From Azolla caroliniana (Eukaryota > Plantae > Polypodiophyta), in the NCBI GenBank assembly GCA_043228905.1, contig JBHGNT010000008.1, forward strand, positions 3,286,001 to 3,350,000: a DNA stretch of 64,000 nt, read 5' to 3'. Of the stretch, positions 52,201 to 64,000 are shown piece by piece. Under the pieces are notes generated by a model. That model was not told where the DNA came from and made no database searches. It saw only the letters and a list, made by a program, of their open reading frames with translations. A program made the translations under genes and the position numbers. Every line of letters starts with the position of its first letter. Position 1 is the stretch's first letter.

Positions 52201-55200
52201 ATTAACTAGACAGAGTGTTTCCACTTTTAGTCTCTGAATAAACTGGATTAGCAAGCAGTTACAAGTTCACATTAATGATATGCATTATCATTGAATCTTT
52301 GCTCACAAAGGGGTTCTAATAAAACAACAATAATAAATATCAAATTATCCAAGTCCCTATATCACAATATCATCCATAGTTCAAAAATTTATGTTGCGAT
52401 GTTATATATCCATGATTCACTTTGTAATTATGAGAAATATATCATTTTAGCTCGTCTCATTGTGCTCACACCCTTAGAATTGGCTTCTAGTGAATGTCAG
52501 TTCATCAACATATCTATGCTCTAAAGTTCATGTAAGATAGTAAACAATTGCTTACAATCACTATTCTAAAACTTGATTGCCAAATCATTGAAAGAAGATT
52601 GATTGAACCCAGCATGTGGATATCTTAGGTCATTTTTTGTTAATTACCCTAAATTTCATGTTTGTTGATGCAAATTGCTTTTCTAAATATCATGCACACT
52701 ACAAAAGCAACTAATTACAAATGTGCCCGAGGATTTCCCAATTTCCGAAGTTAATTTAGTTGCTACCACATTGACTTGCTCACAATTGCTTTAAGTTAGC
52801 TTGAAAATTCAAGTTGTGCTTATCACGTAGATGAGAATGAAACAATACAAGATCACTTATGTGGCAATGTAGGAAGGGGTTTGACCTTCATTAAGTCTTA
52901 ACATAAATCATTATTTTTTTCTCAATTGCAAGCAAACGTATATGAATTTCATTGTTCATCTTATTTGAAAGTGATTGTCTTTCTTGTTAAGGAAGCATGA
53001 GTCAAAAAAAGATTGTATTGTGTGTGTATGCTAGAGACATAAATTTTGAAACGTTTGACACTATAATATGTAGTGTCTTCATACAAAAGTAAAAGCTTGT
53101 AAAAACTAGAACTTACAACTATTACTTTTTATAGAAGAATCTAGAAAATTACAAAACAAACAAATATAGGTTGTAGGACAAATACATAGCATGGAAAGAT
53201 TGTGGGATCATGAACTTAATATTTGTGATGTATTGACATGTCAGACTTGTTACGTTCCACCAGATGGATGCTGAAGATAACGATGATGTTCCACAAGACT
53301 GTAGATATGACCAACAATCCCCACGATAAGTTAAAATTGGCTCATTAATGCATGTGGTCCAACCCTATCAATTAACATTTCGACATCATATCATGTTTTC
53401 TAGTAATATGATCTTTTCATGATAGTAGACAAATAAGTAAGGTAAGTAGGCCTAAGACACCCCATCTAGTTGTGAATGGAGTAATCAACACCACACACGA
53501 AACCACATAAAAAAGGTTCTACATTGAATCGAATCATATTGATGAATTAAAGTTAATCCTAATATTACATGAACTTGGCAACTCTAAAGTTTCATTGTTC
53601 ACATGGAAATTAACCATTGTTTATTTCAAATCATGTCTTTACAATAGCTACTTATACTCATAAGCTTAACACAAGTTTATTCACGAGAATAAAAGTGAGC
53701 TCTTGATTAAAAGATTGAGATGTTAATAAAAGTGAGATGGAATGAGTAGGGTGAAATAGAAAAATATCAATTCCATGGCAATGTAATACCACCAATGATT
53801 ACAAACAAGACAAGTCATCCACATCATTCATACCTTCATCGTCAACACTTGTAATGATTAAATGAATGCCTCCACACAATGTGCTTTTTAATATGAGGAA
53901 CTATTGGCATTGATTGAATAAAAAGGATAAGTAGACCAATTAACAAAATAACGTTGATTTGCTAGATCCATTGGGGTTAGTAAACTAACACATCTGAGTA
54001 ATATTGAAGTTCTAACACAAGTTGTGCAATGTGTTTGATTCAGAGTGAACAATCATAGATAGATGACAACAACTATGATATAAATGTGGTTCCCAAAGAC
54101 TCAACTATGGGTATCATTAATAACAGGTGAATCATGAATGAGTTCATCGACTCTCCCTTGCGTTAAGTTATTACTCATCGAGGGTAGCCCCCATAGTTAA
54201 AGAGAAAATGTTTTGACATTGAAGATTGGTGTTGAGATGAAAGATGAATGCATGAGGCTAAGGAAGCATATAAACTATGGATTGATTGCGTGGGAAAGAT
54301 CATTGAATGAAAGCAAATAGATGCAAAATTAGTTGTGTGATGAGTTTAAGACCATAAAAGTGACATAAAAAAGTTACACGACTCAATAGCTAAGGTGGGG
54401 GAGGGATAGGGGATCCACATAATCTACTTATAGATTTGGCATTTCAAATAAGGTCCTTTATGAAAGTCTTAAGAGTTTTGTTTTTATTTATCGCCATCTC
54501 ATGTCCTTACATGGGGAGGGTAAAAACAGAGAAAAAGAAAGAGGTCTAAATGTAACGTGTGACCCGCTTTTGTGATTGGTTTCAATATTTTGGCAACTTT
54601 TTTTTTTTCTTTGTCGATTCTGGAATTGAAAAGCAATTGGAGCATGTTATATGCATTTTAGTTGATACATCCACGTGGGTTTCTCATGGCTTGTGGACTT
54701 GTCACGTGACTTCCCATGGCCCTACTATTGTGTCTACCACAACCACCCCTAGCACCATGTCCTCGCACGCGACTAAAGTCTGGATGACTTGCATTGCAAT
54801 TATCAGCTATAACCAAGTGGAAACAAGGAAAATTCACATGTACATGCTATATACAAAAACTATATGACAATGCAAAAGACCCTCTTGAATTATTTTATTA
54901 AACCATATGACAACACAAATAACCCTTGTTATTCGACAACTATGGTGAGGGCCTTAGGGCAAGGTAAACCCTCTTAGGAGACATAGACATAGACATAAGT
55001 ATGGGACCGGTATGATTTCGATTCAATTTGGTTTCATGGCCTTGAAACTAAACATAATCAATTAAACCAAACAATTTAATGCTACTAAGCCATTTAAGCC
55101 AAACTGTTGAAACCCAAACCACTTTAACCAAACCGTTTAGGGAAAGGTGAAACAATGTTGTTTAAACCAAACCATTTAAGTCAAATTAAATAAATAAATA

Positions 55201-55389
55201 AATATTAAAGTTAAATTAATTAAATAATTAGACATAAAAAACCATTATGTTAATTAAAACAATAAACCATTAAAGAAATTTAAAAAGATTAAGTAAAAAT
55301 CTAGAAACCATTAAAATGAGTCACCTAAACAAATAAATAGATAAATCAAACCATTTACTTTGAAGCGTATGTGTGTATGCAGAAACGTG

Positions 55390-55769
55390 TGAGGACCTGT
55401 TTTCGTACCCGGGAAACAACACAGAAAGTAGGAAGGCGGAGACTTATACAGATTCAAGCTTTAATGGAAAGCTTTATTCCGTTCTATCTCTCTCTCTGAG
55501 ATTCGATACAAAATGAACAAGAGGGTCATCTTTACAACATTAGGTTATTGCTTATATACTAAGCCCTAACTTATGGACGAGTTCACTCTAGGACCGATAC
55601 AAGTTGGAAGGAGTCGGCCTTTTATGCCAGCAAACTCCCCTGTAAAAGGACTACTCTTTCCTGCATGCACAAGTGTTTGGGGTTATCTCCCCCATAAGCC
55701 TAGATTACAAAATTGATCTAAGTTTATATTACAAGTCGGTTGGCATGCAACCAAGTCAGTTGAGGTACA
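55390..55769 (-). mobile_element. Probable solo LTR, about 380 bp
   Basis: TG...CA ends flanked by ACGTG/ATGTG, a 5-bp TSD with one CpG transition. TATA-like GTATATAAG, a GA tract and AATAAA are present on the minus strand. Confidence 0.5.
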
Positions 55770-55792
55770 ATGTGTCGTTTATGAAAAGAATA

Positions 55793-56425
55793 TGCGGAAT
55801 AGTGCTCGGCCACAATTGAGTCTTCAGTCACTTAATGACAATCAAACACAGAAAAAATTGAGAAATGGAAGTAAGTACACAAATAGAAGAGAATGCACAG
55901 GATGTAACGTGGAAAACCGTAAATGGGAAAAACCACGGGAGTTCACAAACTCCACCTATCACTATGTCGAGAGGAATACAATAGGTAAACACGGAGGCAA
56001 CGACCTCGTGCTCAAAATCTTTGCCTGGCGATGGTTACAACAGAGACTCACTCTGTCTCTGTCTCTCTTTCCCTCTACTATGCTCTGTACAATAGTTACA
56101 CCAATAACTCTATACAAAATAATGACAACACAATGATTCACTCTCACACAGTTTGTTTGCCCTAGGTCATATTTATACTAATATGACATTAGGACTATTT
56201 ACAGATATAACCCCAATGGGCTCTCAAAAACATATTTCCATATATGTCCCTTCATCCGGTGAGAGGTTCTCACCGGGCCTACGTCATCCGGTTCTCACCG
56301 GGTACACATCATCCGGTTGTCACCGGGTCTTCCTTGCCGGGTACTCATATCCCATCCGGAGGGACCAAAATCCTAACAAACTCCCCCTTCACTCCGGCAT
56401 GGGATGCCTTGTCAATCCGATCCAC
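55793..56425 (-). mobile_element. 3' end of a copia element: RNase H tail, PPT and LTR (sister family of the 57457 element)
   Basis: The minus strand reads IGLTRHPMPE*, then PPT GAAGGGGGAG (56381-56390), then an LTR starting TGTTAGGATTTTGGTCCCTCCGGATGGG at 56378 and ending GGCCGAGCACTATTCCGCA. Confidence 0.85.
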
Positions 56426-57456
56426 TTCTTGCCTACTCCCAAAATTATTCCTTACGAGGAATATCATTCCTATGGCCTCTCGGTGTCCTCACCGTTACGG
56501 CCATGTTGTGCGTAACTGTTTTACGCACCCAACCACACACCGAATGTTGAGCTTGTCTCTCAACACGATACAAGTATGTATTTGACTCAGAAAAACCCAA
56601 GTACAAAGCTTGGCCTCTCGCAAAGGGATTCAAACAAGAATACGGGGTCAACTATGACGAGATATTTTCCCTAGTAGTCAAAATGACCACCGTCCGACTC
56701 CTACTAGGGGTTGTAGCGACAGAAGGCCTAGAGCTTGAGTAGATGGATGTCAAGACGACATTGCTATATGGAGATCTGGAAGAAGACATATATATGTCTC
56801 AACCAAAAGGCTTGACGACGACGACGGGGGAGGACAGTCACCTCATATGTCGACTAAAGAAAAGTCTTTATGGCTTGAAACAAGTGCCGAGGATGTGATA
56901 CCAGAAGTTTGACTCCTACATTAGGCAACTTGGATATCGCCGAGCAGACTCAGATCCATGTATGTATATTCGGCAACTGGCTGACGAGTCCAGGATCTAT
57001 CTGATCCTATATGTCGACGACATGTTGATTGCAGGAAGCAATCAAGTAGAGATTGGAAAGCTGAAGCGGAGCCTTCACGACGAGTTTGCGATGAAGGAAC
57101 TCGGACAAGCCCGACACATACTGGGCATGAGGATAGTGCGAAATCGGATGACAAAGACTCTTCGTCTCTTCTAGTCCGATTACATCCAAAAAGTGTTGAA
57201 GCGCTTCAACATGGAGAATGCGAAGCCGACACTAACACTGGTTCCGACGTCGATCCGACTATCAGACAGAGATGGAGAGAGAGCTTAATGGAAAGATACC
57301 CTACGCATCAGCAATAGGAAGTATCATGTACGCAATGGTAGCGACCCGACCCGACATAGCCTATGTTGTAGGGGAGGTCAGCCGGTACATGTCAAACCCA
57401 GGATGGAAGCATTGGGAGGCCGTCAAGCACATCCTCGGATGCACAACTGACTTTTG

Positions 57457-58149
57457 TGTTGGGATTTCGGTCCCTCCGGATGGGATGTCCGGAGATGAAT
57501 GACGGCAAGCCCGGTTGCGGTTACGGAACCGGAGGATGAAGAAGACCCCGGCTACGGAGCCGGATGAAGAAGACCCCGGCTACGGAGCCGGATGATGAAG
57601 ACCCCGGCTACGGAGCCGGATGAAGAAGACCCCGGCTACGGAGCCGGATGATGAAGACCCTGGCTACGGAGCCGGATGACGAATGTACCCGGAAAGAAAT
57701 CCGGATGCGGGGACATATTTATGAATATGTTTGCCAAGGGTCCTTGAGGCCATATTTGTAAATAGCCCGAAAGTCATATGTGTATAAATATGACTTAGGG
57801 CAAACAGTTTTTGTTGTTGCTCATCTTTCTGTTTTCCACTTAGAGGGAGCGAAGTGAGAGCAGCCGAGAGAGAGAGAGAGAGAGACGAAGAGGTCGTTGC
57901 CTCAGTGTATTACCGCCGCCTGTGGCGAAGACAGTGAGCTCAAGGTTGTTGCCTTGAAGCTTCACCATTGTACATCTCTGTTCATAGTGATAGTTGGAGT
58001 TTGAGGACTCCCGTGGTTTTTCCCATTTAGGGTTTTCCACGTGAAATATCCTGTGTATTCTTCTCTCTATTGTCTTCGTGTACTTTGTATTTCCTATTTT
58101 CTGTGAGTTGATCCTATTCCTCGGTTGGGGCCGAGCACTGTGCTCAACA
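57457..58149 (+). repeat. 5' LTR (693 bp) with five 28-bp U3 repeats
   Basis: TGTTGGGA...CTCAACA. Near-identical to 62264-62900. TATAAATA at about 57783. Confidence 0.95.
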
Positions 58150-58151
58150 AG

Positions 58152-58163
58152 TGGTATCAGAGC
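58152..58163 (+). other. Primer-binding site for initiator tRNA-Met
   Basis: TGGTATCAGAGC lies 2 nt after the 5' LTR. Confidence 0.95.
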
Positions 58164-58179
58164 GACGGGAACACAGAAA

Positions 58180-61100
58180 ATGGAAGGCGGCGGTAGTGGG
58201 CCTCCGGGCATGATGGTGTTGAACTCGCAGAACTACGCCGACTGGAAGATAAAGATGGAGGATCTGCTCATCGTTCGGGACCTGTATGAACCGATCGACA
58301 GGTCGGAAATACCCAAGGGGGTACTTGAGACGGAATGGAGGCTTCTGAACCGGAAAGCCGTTGCAACCATTCGGCAATACGTCGACGTGAGCGTTCTGCA
58401 ACATGTGGCGAACGACACCAACGCATATGAGATGTGGCGGAAGCTGTCGAGCCTCTACGAGAGGAAGAATGCGTTGAACCGGACCTCCTTGATGAGGAAG
58501 ATAGTGAACCTCAAGTACCGGGACGGCGAGAGTATGGTGGAACACGTAAGCACGTTCATGGGATTCGTGAACCAGCTTGCGGCGATCAAGTTCCCGCTGG
58601 AGGATGCAATGCAAGCCATCATTCTGATGTGTACATTGCCGGAAAGCTGGGAGAACTTGGTGGTGACTCTCAGCACCTCCTGCACCGAAGATAACTTGTC
58701 CCTACAAACGGTAAAGACAAGTATCTTGAACGAAGAAGCGCGTCGGAGAGATAAAGAACCGGCCTCCGACTCGAAGGCGCTGCTTACCGAATCGGAACGG
58801 GGAAGACAACGGAACCGGAGTCCGCAAAGACGGGAGAAGTCGGGGACCCGGTCGCAGTCAAGAGGAAGGCCCACATGCTTCCACTGTGGGAAGCCGGGGC
58901 ACTTCCGGAAGAACTGTCGGCATTACCGAAAAGACAACGGAACCAACGGTACCGATTCGAAGAAGTCACCGGAGCGAAACGGTGCATACCGGGGAGCCAC
59001 GGACCGGAGAGGTCCGGATCGGCGAGGGCAGGACCGGAAAGGAACGACGGCACTCGCGGCAAGTGAAGAGGAGATAATGCTCATTACCGAAGAGAGGGAG
59101 CTGAACCTTGCCGGTGAAGAGATGACCTGGGTGGTCGATTCCGGAGCGTCGTTCCACCTGACCCCGGAGAAGAAATACTTCTCATCCTACACAGCCGGGG
59201 AGCACGGCTGTGTCCGGATGGGAAATGAAGGTACATGCCGGATTGCCGGCATAGGAGACGTGTGGCTGATGACATCAACCGGATGCAAGATGCTGCTGAA
59301 GGATGTCCGACACGTTCCGGAGGTTCGATTGAACCTGATTTCGGCCGGGAGGCTAGATGATGAAGGCTACACAGGTAGCATCCGGAACGGCGTAATGAAG
59401 TTCAGCAAGGGGAGCCTGATAGTGGCTCGGGCCCGGAAAGTCAACACACTGTACCTTATGAATGCCCGGTTGTGTCCGGAAGAGTTGAACGTGGCAGCCG
59501 ACACTGCCGGTGAGCTGTGGCACAAGAGACTGTGCCACATGAGTGAGAAGGGGATGAAGAGGCTTGCAGAAGACAACCTCATTCCAGTGAAGCACGTGCA
59601 CCTGGAGAAGTGCACCGATTGCCTGGCCGGTAAGCAGAACCGAACCTCCTTCCACTCAAGGCCACCGACGAGACGTAGCGCACCATTGGAGTTGGTGCAC
59701 ACTGACGTGTGTCAAGTAGAAACGAAGTCACATGGCGGAGCCCAGTACTTCGTGACATTCATTGATGACCACAGCCGGAAGCTGTGGACGGCACCGTTGA
59801 AGACAAAGGACCAAGTTTTGTCCGTCTTCAAAGAACTCCACGTGAGAGTGGAAAGGGAATCCGGCAAGAAGCTGAAGGCGATACGAGCGGATAACGGAGG
59901 GGAATACCGGGGGCAGTTCGCGGAGTACTGTCGCTCGAAGGGAATCCGGCTCGAGTTTACAGTGCCGAAGACGCCGGAACTGAACAGGCTGGCCGAGAGG
60001 ATGAACCGGACCATAATGGAGAGGGTCCGGAGTATGCTGGCACATGCGAAATTACCCAAGGGATTTTGGGCTGAGGCAATGTCGACGGCGACATATGTGA
60101 TAAATAGATCACCCTCAGTACCCCTAGATGGAGACACGCCACAGAGAGTGTGGACCGGTAAGGAAGTGTCCAACCGACATCTGAAGGTATTCGGGTGTCT
60201 CGCATATGTGCATGTGGCAAAGGACCGGAGAGGAAAGCTAGATCCAAAGACCCGGCCATGCATATTCCTCGGTTACGACGACGACGAGTTCGGCTACCGA
60301 GTATGGGACCCGGTCGACAAGAAGATATTCAGGAGTCGAGATATCATCTTCATGGAGGACAAGACACTCGCCGACTGGGAGTCGGAGAAGAAGATGAAGA
60401 GCTCCAAGTCGACCGGTGAGAATCAACTCTACGAGGAGCAGTCCCGACCGGCAAGGGACCGGTTAACACTCGAAGATCCGGCCGAAGACGGTGAAGAAAC
60501 ATAACTGGCCGAAGAAGATGAAAATGATACCGGAACCGGCCCCGATCCCGAAATGGATTCGGATGAAGAGGAAACGGAGGAGCCGGTTGCCGAAGCTCCG
60601 GAACGGAGATATCCTCTAAGAGAGAGAAGGGCCCCCCGGAGATTTCCGGAACCAGAGCACGTGCTGCTAACCGACGAGGGGGAGCCGGAGAGCTTTGAAG
60701 AAGCGAAGCATGACACCCATAGCCGCAGGTGGCTAAGTGCCATGCAGGAGGAGATGGATTCCCTGCATGAGAACCACACATATGAACTTGTGGAGTTGCC
60801 GAAAGGAAAACGGGCACTCCGTAACAAGTGGGTGTTCAAGCTGAAACCGGGAGATGCCGGAAACCCCCCGAGATACAAAGCCAGGATCGTGGTGAAGGGG
60901 TTCCAGCAGAAGAAGGGCGTCGACTTCGACGAGATATTTGCCCCGGTAGTGAAGATGACCTCCATCCGGACGGTGCTGAGCATAGCGGCAAGCATGGACC
61001 TCGAGGTAGAACAGATGGACGTGAAGACGGCATTCCTTCACGGTGACCTCGAAGAAGAGATATACATGCAGCAACCGGAAGGATTCGAGAAGAAAGAGAA

Positions 61101-62253
61101 GGAGCACTTGGTATGCCGGTTGAAGAAGAGCCTTTATGGTTTGAAGCAGGCTCCCCGGCAGTGGTACCGAAAGTTTGACTCCTTCATGACCGATGAAGGG
61201 TACCACAAAACGCAGTCCGACCACTGCGTGTTTGTGAAGAAGTTCGACGGAGGAGACTCTCTAATACTCCTCCTGTACGTGGACGACATGTTGATCGTCG
61301 GACGGGACCAGGTCAAGATACGGATGCTGAAGAAGGCTCTTCACCGAACCTTCTCAATGAAAGACCTGGGTCCGGCGAGGCAAATACTAGGGATGCACAT
61401 CATCCGGGACCGGAAGAAGAAGCAGTTGTGGCTGTCACAGGAGAAGTACGTGACAAAGGTGCTTCACCGGTTCAACATGTCGGAAGCAAGACCGGTCGGT
61501 TCAACCCTCCCGGCAAACTGCAAGTTGTCCAGCAAGCAAAGCCCCAAGACAAAGGCTGAGAAGGAGGACATGATGAAAGTACCATATGCCTCTGCCGTCG
61601 GAAGCTTGATGTACGCAATGGTGTGTACCCGACCGGACATTGGATACGCAGTCGGAGTGGTGAGTCGGTATATGAGTAATCCCGGCAAAGAGCACTGGAA
61701 CGCGGTCAAGTGGATACTCCGATACCTGAAAGGCACGGCAAATGTGTGCCTCCGATTCGGCTCCGGTAAGCCCGAACTCGACGGCTTTACCGATTCGGAT
61801 ATGTCGGCTGATGCAGATACCAGCCGGTCTACATCCGGGTATGTGATGACGTATGCAGGGGGAGCTGTTTCATGGCAGTCGAGGCTGCAGAAGACGGTTG
61901 CGTTGTCAACCACGGAGGCGGAGTACATGGCGGCTGTTGAAGCCGGCAAGGAAATAATATGGATGAAGGACTTCATTAGAGAGCTCGGTATCCGGCAGGA
62001 GGAGTATCGACTCTACTGCGACAGTCAGAGTGCCATCCACCTTGCGAAGAACGCGGCCTATCACTCCCGGACGAAACACATCCAGCGTAGATACCACTGG
62101 ATCCGGGAAAGGATAGAAGACCAGGAGTTCGCGCTGACGAAGATCCACACGGACGAGAACGGGTCAGACATGCTGACCAAAGTGCTCACACCCGACAAGC
62201 TGGAAGCGTGCCGGAAGAGGGTCGGACTGGAGAGACATCCCATGCCGAAGTGA
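58180..62253 (+). CDS. Copia Gag-Pol polyprotein, interrupted by one in-frame TAA at 60502-60504
   Basis: Zinc knuckle CFHCGKPGHFRKNC, protease WVVDSGAS, LWHKRLCH, integrase HTDVC/ADNGGEY/AERMNR, RT YVDDML, RNase H DSD/TEAEY/CDSQSA/SDMLTK. Both track ORFs are in the same frame. Confidence 0.9.
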
Positions 62254-62261
62254 AGGGGGAG
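62252..62261 (+). other. Polypurine tract
   Basis: GAAGGGGGAG immediately before the 3' LTR. Confidence 0.9.
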
Positions 62262-62263
62262 TT

Positions 62264-62900
62264 TGTTGGGATTTCGGTCCCTCTGGATGGGATGTCCGGA
62301 GATGAATGACGGCAAGCCCGGTTGCGGTTACGGAACCGGAGGATGAAGAAGACCCCGGCTACGGAGCCGGATGAAGAAGACCCTGGCTACGGAGCCGGAT
62401 GATGAAGACCCTGGCTACGGAGCCGGATGACGAATGTACCCGGAAAGAAATCCGGATGCGGGGACATATTTATGAATATGTTTGCCAAGGGTCCTTGAGG
62501 CCATATTTGTAAATAGCCCGAAAGTCATATGTGTATAAATATGACTTAGGGCAAACAGTTTTTGTTGTTGCTCATCTTTCTGTTTTCCACTTAGAGGGAG
62601 CGAAGTGAGAGCAGCCGAGAGAGAGAGAGAGAGAGACGAAGAGGTTGTTGCCTCAGTGTATTACCGCCGCCTGTGGCGAAGACAGTGAGCTCAAGGTTGT
62701 TGCCTTGAAGCTTCACCATTGTACATCTCTGTTCATAGTGATAGTTGGAGTTTGAGGACTCCCGTGGTTTTTCCCATTTAGGGTTTTCCACGTGAAATAT
62801 CCTGTGTATTCTTCTCTCTATTGTCTTCGTGTACTTTGTATTTCCTATTTTCTGTGAGTTGATCCTATTCCTCGGTTGGGGCCGAGCACTGTGCTCAACA
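62264..62900 (+). repeat. 3' LTR (637 bp) with three 28-bp U3 repeats
   Basis: Same sequence as the 5' LTR, minus 56 bp and about 3 C>T changes. Confidence 0.95.
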
Positions 62901-63391
62901 TTTTGGTCTAACAAACTCAACTGAAGTCGAAGGCTACATCAATTCTGACTATGCTAGAAATACAGATAATCTGAAACCGACATTAGGCTACATCTTCACC
63001 TATGGTGGTGGTGCAATATCATGGATGACGAAACTTCAAGAGAGCACGACTCTGTATACCATAGAAGCCGAGTACATAGCAACATCGGAAGCAGCGAAGG
63101 AAGCCATCTAGCTGCACTGACTGACTGCCACTTCTCAGTTACAAGCCGAATCGACCGACCAACACCAACCATCTATTGAAACTCATAGAGCGAAATACAC
63201 CTCATCAACAACCTTGTCTATCACCCTAAGACAAAGCACATTGAGGTGCAGTATCATCACATCCAGGAGCTCGTGAACGAGAAGAAGCTCGAAGTCTGAA
63301 AAATCGACACCGAGGTGAACATCATCGATTGCCTAGCAAAGCCACTCCCAGATCTATGCTTCAGAGCACTAAGAATGAAGATGGGACTACG

Positions 63392-64000
63392 ACAAGCAAC
63401 TGAGCAAAAGAAAGCCGAACGAGGAGCAGAAGGTAAGAACTAATTGAAACAATTGTAAACTGTTAGAATTTCGGTCCCTCCGGATGGGATATGAGTACCC
63501 AGCAAGGAAGACCTGGTGACAACCAGATGATGAGTACCTGGTGAGAGCCGGATGACGCAGGCCCGGTGAGAACCTCTCACCGGATGAAGGGACATATATG
63601 GAAATATGTTTCTGAGAGCCCATTGGGGCTATGTCTGTAAATAGTCCTAATGTCATATTAGTATAAATATGACCTAGGGCAAACAAACAGTGTGAGAGTG
63701 AATCATTGTGTTGTCATTATTTTGTATAGAGTTATTGGTGTAACTGTTGTACAAGCAACTGAGCAAAAGAAAGCCGAACGAGGAGCAGAAGGTAAGAACT
63801 AATTGAAACAATTGTAAACTGTTAGAATTTCGGTCCCTCCGGATGGGATATGAGTACCCAGCAAGGAAGACCTGGTGACAACCAGATGATGAGTACTTGG
63901 TGAGAGCCGGATGACGCAGGCCCGGTGAGAACCTCTCACCGGATGAAGGGACATATATGGAAATATGTTTCTGAGAGCCCATTGGGGCTATGTCTGTAAA
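63392..64000 (+). mobile_element. Tandem 359-bp units, each 69 bp of flank plus the first 290 bp of a copia LTR (same family as the 55793-56378 LTR); runs off the window
   Basis: Units start at 63392 and 63751. LTR starts TGTTAGAATTTCGGTCCCTCC at 63461 and 63820. The same peptide MGSQKHISIYVPSSGERFSPGLRHP appears in track ORFs 56153(+), 63387(-) and 63674(-). Confidence 0.88.

Larger units (their letters stand above)
57457..62900 (+). mobile_element. Full-length Ty1/copia LTR retrotransposon (Tnt1/Tto1-like)
   Basis: TG..CA LTRs at 57457-58149 and 62264-62900. 5-bp TSD TTTTG (57452-57456 and 62901-62905). PBS, PPT and gag-PR-IN-RT-RH domain order are all present. Confidence 0.97.
56575..63390 (+). 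pseudogene. Older decayed Ty1/copia RT-RNase H region, split by the nested 57457-62900 insertion
   Basis: [39 protein letters not shown] and PYASAIGSIMYAM precede the insertion. EGYINSDYA, GGAISW and KTKHIEVQYH follow it. Several stops and frameshifts. Removing the insert and one TTTTG restores DAQLTFGLTNSTEVEGY. Confidence 0.9.

Noticed and set aside
58144-62315. Many antisense ORFs inside the copia element
   Set aside because: Expected from the GC-rich codon bias of the sense polyprotein; no independent motifs.

Overview
AT-rich land-plant nuclear DNA. A seed-free plant such as a fern or lycophyte is a weak inference only. I can read five protein-coding genes: (1) a ~24-exon ATX1/ATX2-like Trithorax H3K4 methyltransferase (4621-13642, +) with an unusual repeat-rich N-terminus; (2) a 5-exon, 163-aa uncharacterised plant protein (15350-17589, +); (3) a 7-exon, 420-aa type I DnaJ of the J2/J3 type, with a CaaX box and an upstream heat-shock element (23119-26479, +); (4) an 8-exon, 283-aa uncharacterised protein that by eye resembles the CINP/C1orf109 family (32987-40419, +), whose first intron carries six apparently identical 223-bp tandem units; and (5) an intronless HECATE/INDEHISCENT-like bHLH (46708-48042, -). 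The last 9 kb is a nest of LTR retrotransposons. It includes a young full-length Ty1/copia element (57457-62900, TTTTG target-site duplication, one internal stop, very CCGG-rich, LTRs differing by two 28-bp units) inserted into an older decayed copia and flanked by inverted LTR copies of a sister family. Two decayed RTE-X-like LINEs, a hAT-type MITE, microsatellites and many short tandem duplications fill the rest. No rRNA, tRNA or CRISPR feature is supported. All homology calls come from recognising motifs by eye; no database search was run.
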